Positions 56,784 through 64,000 of a stretch of 64,000 nucleotides of DNA are shown here, piece after piece. The notes beneath the pieces were generated by a model. The model saw only the letters and a program-made list of their open reading frames with translations. It did not search any database and had not been told where the DNA came from. The position numbers were made by a program, and so were the translations under genes. Origin of the DNA: Selaginella moellendorffii. Lineage: Eukaryota > Plantae > Lycopodiophyta. The stretch covers positions 788,296 to 852,295 of the forward strand of contig NW_003314317.1 in the NCBI RefSeq assembly GCF_000143415.4, read 5' to 3'. The first letter of the stretch is position 1. The number at the start of each line of letters is the position of its first letter.

Positions 56784-58819
56784 GACCTTACATTACTACA
56801 ATTTTATGTATCCTTTAAGTAGATAAATTAAGGTTTACTGAAGCTTTTTAATTTTATATTGATCCCAAGCGTATGGTAGATCACTGATTGTCATGCCATA
56901 CCAGTTTCTTCATCAGAATTAGTTTAATTTTAATTTACTTTAAGTTAATTTTAAAAGCCATGCTATAATACCAAATTTTACTCTTTTGAACTTGTTAGCT
57001 ATCACATTCAAAATTTAATACAAATTATATTCATTAATTATAAAATTAAAATAGGAAAAGCATGAAGTAATACAAATGTTTTTGGTTTGCTTAAGTGAAT
57101 TGGCAATGAGTATACTTAGAATTTAGTATATTCTACCATCTAAGATATTATATACATGTTTATATAAACACCCCCAAATATATTCTAACATATTCTACAA
57201 TCTAATGGCTGATATACATTTAGATTATCTAGTGTTTATTAGAATAAAAATATTTATAATTTATCAATTTTCTTGAACAAATTGTAAGCTTTCTTGTGGG
57301 TAATGCAAAATTCAAAGCTTGGTAGGGAAGCTCCCTCTTCACCATCAGTGAGGAGTACTGTAAGTTTGCAGCTTTTTATGTAGCCTTTCTATGAAGGATG
57401 TAAATGCAATATTTGTGGACATTCTAAACTAAATTAGCATCTTCTTATATGCAAAGTAAACAATTTTCAAAATTCAATTTTTTTTTACTATTATATGCTT
57501 TGAGGCCATCTAACAATTCCTCTAGACTCTTTCACTTTCTCTATCTTCATGATTTCTTTTGTAGATTCAGATTTTCCTAATATCTTCTTTAGTGCCCAAG
57601 ATCAGTGTATTCTCAAGATAATTATTATAAACTATGTATCTTTTGAATTTAAAATTATATAAAAAGATTCAAGTAATTATAAAAATTACTTATCAATTTC
57701 TAGACTTAAGTATATTTCAAGGCTATAAACAGTTTTAGATCTTGATAATAGAATAATCTACATAATTTATATAATTGGTACAAAAACACTAACCAAGCGT
57801 CACACAGAAAAGTTTTTGAATTAATACCTGCACTCCACTTTATTATTTTTATTTAATGAAATTGACTATTACTACTTATAAATTTGAAAATATTCTAATA
57901 TTTCATAGTTTTCTATACATAATTTTTTTTAATCTACTAAAGCTGTTTTTTGGTTTGCTTAAGCAAACATGTAGTGAATATACTTAGAATATTGAATTTT
58001 TTTTCTTCCATCTAAAAACTTAGATTAATTTTATGTTTATAAATTATAAAACCAAAGTTTTGTGTTTTATTATAAACATCTAAGTTGCAACTTCCATGAC
58101 ACTAGCATGGCCAACTTGTAGCCCCCATGTCCTCAAACAACCCTAGCCACCATCACGGCTAGGCCTACCTTCTCAAGCTTTACTACTGAATGGTTTGTGG
58201 ACAGGTTACTAACCATTGATTGCTTTTCTTTTTTAAAATCTGTTGGCTGGTGGTGCACCAAGATTACAGCCCAATCTCACAATGAAGGAACTATTACCTC
58301 ATCCCATATCCTATTTATAATAGATTCAAAATTATAAATAATCTACTTACCGCCCCCGCCTTGCTTCCTCCTCGTCGGGCTCCTTGCAATAGTGGCGAAA
58401 CGGAACTAACAAGCCACGCTCTTTATGCCAAGAGCTGGGATCAAGTTCGTCATTCGGATGATCCCACTCAACGATGACCTCTGCATTGGCCCTGTGGATG
58501 CGTTGTCGTGGCAGTATGACGTGGCAGATTTGACAACGTGGAGGATGACGCAATTAAGAACCAGCGCAGGAGTTCTTCGGGGTACGTTTGTAGCCGTCAT
58601 CAAGCCTAGCAGCCTGGGTGGATCTGAGAGCAGCTGCATTTCAAAGTGCGTGGGCCGCAACATCGAAGCTACCGGGATTGTGAGCAAAGCCCTCTTCAAC
58701 GCTGCCGCCAAGAGAGTGAGTGAGTCATGCTCTTTCTCTCGATCCAATCCGTTTTGCCTTTATCTCCGATCCTTGGTCTTTAGACATTCCAACAAGTATA
58801 AATGTGCCAGTCGTGGTTT

Positions 58820-58940
58820 CGGATGGTGTGCAAGGAGAGAGCGTCGGTGATCTAGGACGAGCTCTTCCGGACGAGGACTTCCACCAGGCGGTGGTGCTCG
58901 TCTTTGCCAACAAGCAGGATGCTATGGCTCCCGCGGTGCA
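58820..58940 (+). pseudogene. ARF/ARL small GTPase fragment
   Basis: DEDFHQAVVLVFANKQD.AM (G4 NKxD in ARF context); no P-loop nearby. Confidence 0.65.
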
Positions 58941-59319
58941 TCCAGCAAGCAAAGAGGGAAACAAGTTAACTCGGAAAAGCCAGTTTGTGGATTCAAAATC
59001 CGTGCTTCGCTCGAAGAACAACGTGAATTTCAGGGGGTAACCAACAAAGACGACGAGTATCCTTGTTGTCCGGGGGAACTACGCAAGCGCCATCCGGCCA
59101 TCCCCTACAGGGATGGAGTAGAGGAAATCAGACGTGCGCTCCATCGCTTGCACTTACTGCCTTAGCCGCGAAATGAGACACCGCCATAGCAAACCCTATG
59201 CCGAAGTTCCTCCTTTCTTTTAATAAGATCGTGCTTGGCTAACCTTTGTTCTTGCGGAGATTCTTCTTACTACCGCGATTTCAACTTCTCTTTCGAACTG
59301 CTTTTTGCTTTTTTTCTCA

Positions 59320-61086
59320 CAGATGCCAGGAGTGCCAGGGAGTCACGTACTGCCGAGGAGCACGATATTGGAATCGCCGTGATCTGCTCTAACTTACACT
59401 CTTTCTGTGAAGCGGCCGATTTCATGGAGCAGCCAGGCCTCTCGCAAGAAACCTACGAGAGGCTACGGGAATGCTGCATCTTCAAGCCTGTGTTTGCGTC
59501 CCCCCGTGGTTATCGTGTACATCATGCGGGGGAGTGGCGTCGGCATTGTATTAGCAAGATCATACGCTGCAAGAGTGCAGTGAACATCATCGCCGGAAAG
59601 ACATGGCCAGAGCGACGTTCTTCAAGGGAAGAGTGAGTGAGAAGTTTCTTCTTTCGTCTCGTTTCACCAAGTTTTTCTTTAAATGCTTTGTTCACCAGCA
59701 TCGTTCAAGACCCCGGAGCATAAGATCTTCCCATCCGTGGCGCCAGCGACGAAAGGTATATCAGCCTCTAGATCACCTTCGCTGATAACAAGCTGAATGT
59801 TGCAGGTCACGGATTAATCGAAGCCTTCGTCTCACGTGTACTTGCGAGTCCGCACAAAACTATATCGTACAAGTTTGCGCTGCTAGGTACCAAAGGTCGT
59901 GCTGATCCCCCAGTCTGTTACGACCTTGATCCCCAGTCGGCTCCTGTTGCGAGAGCATTGACATTGACCACTGTTTTCCAGGTATGCTCTCTTCCACGCA
60001 CTGCAAACTAAGTTTTCACTCGCTCTTATCACAGGGTCTCGAAGACAGTACATGTCGTTGACAGGTTTGCTGTCCCTCTTAATGCGTAGATTTCATGAAC
60101 TTCGTGCATCCTCTTCAGAGACGAGCACTTTGCCAATCCGCAGTACGAGCTCACCATGGACAAGCAGCGCCTAGGGGCACTGTGTGACTGCTGCAGGGGC
60201 AAGCCTTTCTTCGGCCTGGAGTGCAACTATTGGACCGAACGCATCCTTTGGTCGAAGGGCGACCTGTGGTGCGCGGATTTCGTCATGAGTTACCTCTGCA
60301 AGAGCCCGGAGATGGTGGACAGAATCATTTCCGGGGACGTCCCTCTGCATGGCCAGCCCTTTACCGAGCTGTTTCCAGGTCTGTTTTTTTTGTTCGACAC
60401 GGATTGCAGATGCAAGATTCTACAAGAGGTTTAAGAAAAGAAAGGTTTGAGAGAGGGAGTTGAGTTGATTTGATTTACAGGCTGACCAAGAAGCTTGTCC
60501 TTGGTGCATGCAGTGAGGGTGTATGAGGAAGAGGACTTACCTCCCGGCTCAGAGCAATGCAGGCCCAATCTTCGAGAAGCTCCGAGGCCGGCCTGTTTTT
60601 GCACCCGACATCGACGACGAGGATGGGGAGGAGCTGACACGGGAGTGGGTGGAAGCTGGCACTGAGTTTGTGCTTGCGGACCTGGGCTCGTCAAGTTGCA
60701 GGACAAATCTTTGAGAGCTTCCAGATCAGTGGCAACGTTCCGCTGGATGGCCCAAGCCCGCCCATGCCATGCTATTGCAACGACGAGACGCGCTGGGAGA
60801 GGCATGCTTTTGCGGAGAAAGAGACGTATGGGCGGGGATGGTGCCGGAGTGGCTGGTGTGGATGACGGACGAGGAGTACCTCGAGCGCGTGAGGGCGGCG
60901 GCTTATCCACTTGCTGTGCTCGTCGTTCCGGATGGTTATTACGGTTGCCGCATGTATTACAATGCCAAGCATTGTGGTGTCATTGGTGGCATGTTGTCCG
61001 GGTTACTGGATTGTACCGATCATGATTGCGTGTGCGCTATACTGAATCGTGGAAATGACCGGTTTATTCCTCGGTGGGTAGAATAA
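59320..61086 (+). pseudogene. Multi-exon gene of unknown, probably lineage-specific family, with frame disruptions
   Basis: GC-rich exon-like blocks with GT-AG borders. The reading frame shifts between the ORFs at 60523, 60668 and 60769. Confidence 0.45.
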
Positions 61087-61218
61087 TCACCCGCAGAAAA
61101 CGAAACGAAATATAAAAACGAAAGAGCTATCACGCGCGAGGTATATTCTGGCTACCGATAGCTGTTTCATTTTTATATTTCGTTTTCGTTATCTGCACCC
61201 ACCGAGGAATAAACCGGT
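61058..61218. repeat. Long imperfect hairpin (fold-back)
   Basis: accggtttattcctcggtgggt pairs with acccaccgaggaataaaccggt; the inner arms gcagaaaacgaaacgaaatataaaaacgaaagagctatc and gatagctgtttcatttttatatttcgttttcgttatctgc also pair. Confidence 0.9.
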
Positions 61219-62261
61219 TCGAACCGAAAGAGCATTCATGCGCGAGGAACTACCGCCAATGTTTTGTTTTTTCTTTACCCTTTTTTTCTGGTCTCGTCAC
61301 TAAACACACCGTAAAGGGATGGCCGATTTCAAGCTCCTTGAAGCACAAAGGAAGAATTCTTTTTGTCGGTATGAAGCTGAGCTCCGAGTGCCGCAGAGAA
61401 AGCGTTCGCCATCGAATTTCTGTTGCTTGTGGACTAAGTTAAAGAAAAGTTGACGCGAGTAGAACTGGGAATGTTCTAAATCTCGTAGTTGTAACACCAC
61501 ACATATAAGAAAAGCTGACTGTGACTAGTGTATATCCATGAACTTTGAATTATTTGTTTCTAAAGGACTGGACTAAGTCAAGTCAATCTTATTTTATTGA
61601 TTAGAAAATGTAGCAATCCAAAGACAAGACTCCCCAAGGTTAGATCCAACGAATCTTTGTCCTTTTTACCCAACTTCTCTTTGCCTTGGAAGAATGGAAA
61701 AGCAAACCTTTGCAACCAACCAGACCTGCCGAGGGAATCGAACCGGTGACCCGTCAATTCCTCGCTCCAGGCATTATTCTAGTTTTCCATTAATGCGCTA
61801 ATTAAGCAGCGTTACATTAAAATTAATCACAGTTACTTGAAGAAAGAAAGAGAACCGCCAAGAAAGGGAGCTGCGCGAGCGCGCTCAATTAGAAATTTAG
61901 ATTGGAATCGTTTCTGGGCATGGTTGTTGGATCGGTTTAAAATCGCCTATCGCTCTCTTCAATCGCTCGCTCGCTCCACAGATTTCGAGTCGAGAGCTAT
62001 AGCTGAAAGAAAGCGACCCAGCAACGAGCGAGCGTCCGTTTTTTTTTCCCTTTTCCCTCCTTGGCCGCTCGTTTTTGGGGCCAGATTTGATCGCCCTTGT
62101 GAGCGCTTTCTCGTGATCCCATCGGTGAGGTGATGAATTCGCTGCGATCGGTGGAAGAAAAGAGAGAAGAGTAAAGAAGGGAGAATTTGCGAGGAGCGAC
62201 TCGCAATGTGGCCGATTTCTTCCAGAGGAAGAAGAAGAAGAACAAGGTGGTGGTAAGGAAA

Positions 62262-64000
62262 ATGGCGAAGATTTCTTCTTCTTCTTCACCCGCAAAGCGA
62301 ATTCTTCTCGTTGGTATGAAGCTGAGCTCCGAGTGCCGTGAGCGCCTGACATGGATAGTCGCAAGGCTCACGATCCCGGGAGATCACGTCATTGCTGTTC
62401 ATGTCCTCCAATCTTCCTCCTCTACCGGTAAGCAAACTTCCATTTTTCTTCCGTTTTTCAATCTCAAACTTCTTCGTGGCTCATCTGAAAGAGAGCTCAC
62501 GTTAGATAGATCTCCTGCCTTTCTGCAAAGACAGAGCTTTCCTTCACATACCTTTTTCATACGAAAAACCCTGTAAAACTTTGTAACGTTTTGGCAGCAC
62601 TGTCTTCGGAGCTGGATCCGGCCACCAGAAAGGAACTGGACGAGACCTTTCAAGGTGTTTTAGGAGTGTACCAGGGCCTCTGTACGCTCAAGCAGGTAAT
62701 CACTCGTCAGCAACAAAAAAAAATCAGAGAAACAAAAGCTGCTGCTAGCTCTAGAAAATGCGATCATACATACGTACCTCACACCAAAATTTTAATGGTT
62801 CTTCTTTCCTCACTCTTGTCTTTGCTGCTTTTGCTTTGTGTGTCGCAGATCAAGTTGGACATTAAAGTGGTTGTTGGAGCCAGTGTTAAAGAGTGCCTGG
62901 TGGATGCTGCCAAGTTGGAGGACGCTACGAAATTGATCCTCGGTACCAGCAGATTTGTGCCGACTGGGTAAGCGACCACTCCCATTTAACACGCGTTGAC
63001 GGGAAGCTTCCATCCATCTAGAGAGTTTAGCTTCGTTACAACTTCAAAGCTTGAATCGCTTACTTACGAGTGGTTTTCTTCTTTGCTTCTTCTGCTGTTT
63101 TGGTTTTGTCGTGTGCGGTTTAGTTTGTCCACATCCCTCGCAAAATACTGTTTGAAGAGGCTCCCAAGCAGCTGCTCAGTCACGATAATTGACCGAGGGA
63201 AAGTGATATTCGAGAGGCCTGGATATCGCAGCAGCAGCAGCAGCAGCAACAACACTGGTAAGTTGCAATTCTAAAGAGAGAGAGAGAGAGAGAAGATAGT
63301 GGTTTTACCGCGGTTCTTCATTCCAGGGAAAGAAGTAAGCTCCTGCGCACAAACATGCACGCCTAGTGTTCTTCAAAGAGGAATCATGAAGCGCCTGAGC
63401 TGCAGCAGCAGTCACCACCAAGCTTCGGAATTCGATACCAGTGGCACTGATAATGACTCGCCTGGCGGGAGCAACGACAACAATCCAGGCTCCTCAAACT
63501 CTGGTCGCAGCAGCGTTGTGTTGGAGGCCAACTTGTCCGACTCCGACAGATCCTTCTCAGCTTCTCCTGTCAGCGTTCTTCACCCCAACACGGACGAGTT
63601 CAAGCCCCCGGAATCGAAAGAGAGCCAAGAGCACCTGTCGAGCTCGCAAGGGAGTTCGATGACCTGTGAAGATGGGAAAGCCTTGCAGGGATGGCCACTT
63701 CGCGCATTTCCTCTGGACAAAGTTGTTTCTTCGCCGTCGAGAGAGCCCGAGGAGAGGGAGCTGTCCGTAGTTAACTGGGCCTTACAGCTTCCAAACAGGT
63801 CCCAGAGGCGACGCCAGGCGCTCGAGTGTTCCTCCGCCAGAGACAGTGTTTCGTCGTCCAGCAGTGAGTTTGGATGCGAACAGAAACTCTTGTCCAAGTG
63901 CAGGAGTGCTCCTCCACCGCGGGAAAGATCTCTTCTTCTCGAGTGTCTTCGGCAGGAAGTCGCGGCTCCTTTTGAGCAGGAAGAGGCGAGCAAGCTCAAC
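62262..64000 (+). CDS. USP (AANH-like)-domain receptor-like cytoplasmic kinase, 5' part; kinase domain expected beyond the window
   Basis: ILLVGMKLSSECRERLTW.....PGDHVIAVHV, GVYQGLCTLKQ|IKLDIKV..GASVKECLV...ATKLILG, SLAKYCLKRLP..CSV..IDRGKVIF, GWPL...ELSVVNWALQLPNR. Confidence 0.88.

Noticed and set aside
57075-58025. Degenerate ~70-bp direct repeats (57078 and 57944) as LTRs
   Set aside because: No TG...CA ends, TSD, PBS or PPT.
61720-61790. tRNA gene (GGTTCGATTCCC B-box on the minus strand)
   Set aside because: The T-stem and acceptor stem do not pair and no D-arm/A-box is evident; at most a decayed tRNA or SINE relic.

Overview
Eukaryotic, gene-dense plant nuclear DNA. Many ~50-70 bp GT-AG introns, GC-rich exons, a cilium gene (CCDC113-like) and a short-repeat PPR gene point to a land plant with flagellated sperm, most like the lycophyte Selaginella (inference). 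Recognisable genes: DUF3119 membrane protein, GH17 beta-1,3-glucanase, CID/RPRD protein, CCDC113, L-type lectin receptor kinase, a divergent histone H2B, proteasome RPN2, an NSE6/SLF2(CANIN)-like protein, a PLS-class PPR, a 2OG-Fe(II) dioxygenase and a USP-domain receptor-like cytoplasmic kinase. These are mixed with a tandem duplication showing reciprocal gene loss (0-10 kb), an inverted duplication built from shuffled gene fragments (28.7-36 kb), and AT-rich degenerate transposon tracts that include a solo LTR with a 5-bp TSD. The best novelty candidates are: (1) a ~900-aa protein with five Pipsqueak-type HTH domains plus a CENP-B HTH and no DDE domain (a domesticated pogo-type DNA-binding protein), next to an H2B variant that lacks the ubiquitylated lysine; (2) a secreted Trp/Arg-rich CxxGWxWxxxxC repeat peptide with decayed tandem paralogs; (3) a very AT-rich intronless secreted bulb-lectin fusion inside a repeat island; (4) an intronless restriction-endonuclease-fold plus pseudokinase gene of Crinkler/fungal type. 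All assignments come from motif recognition by eye, and exon boundaries are approximate unless stated.
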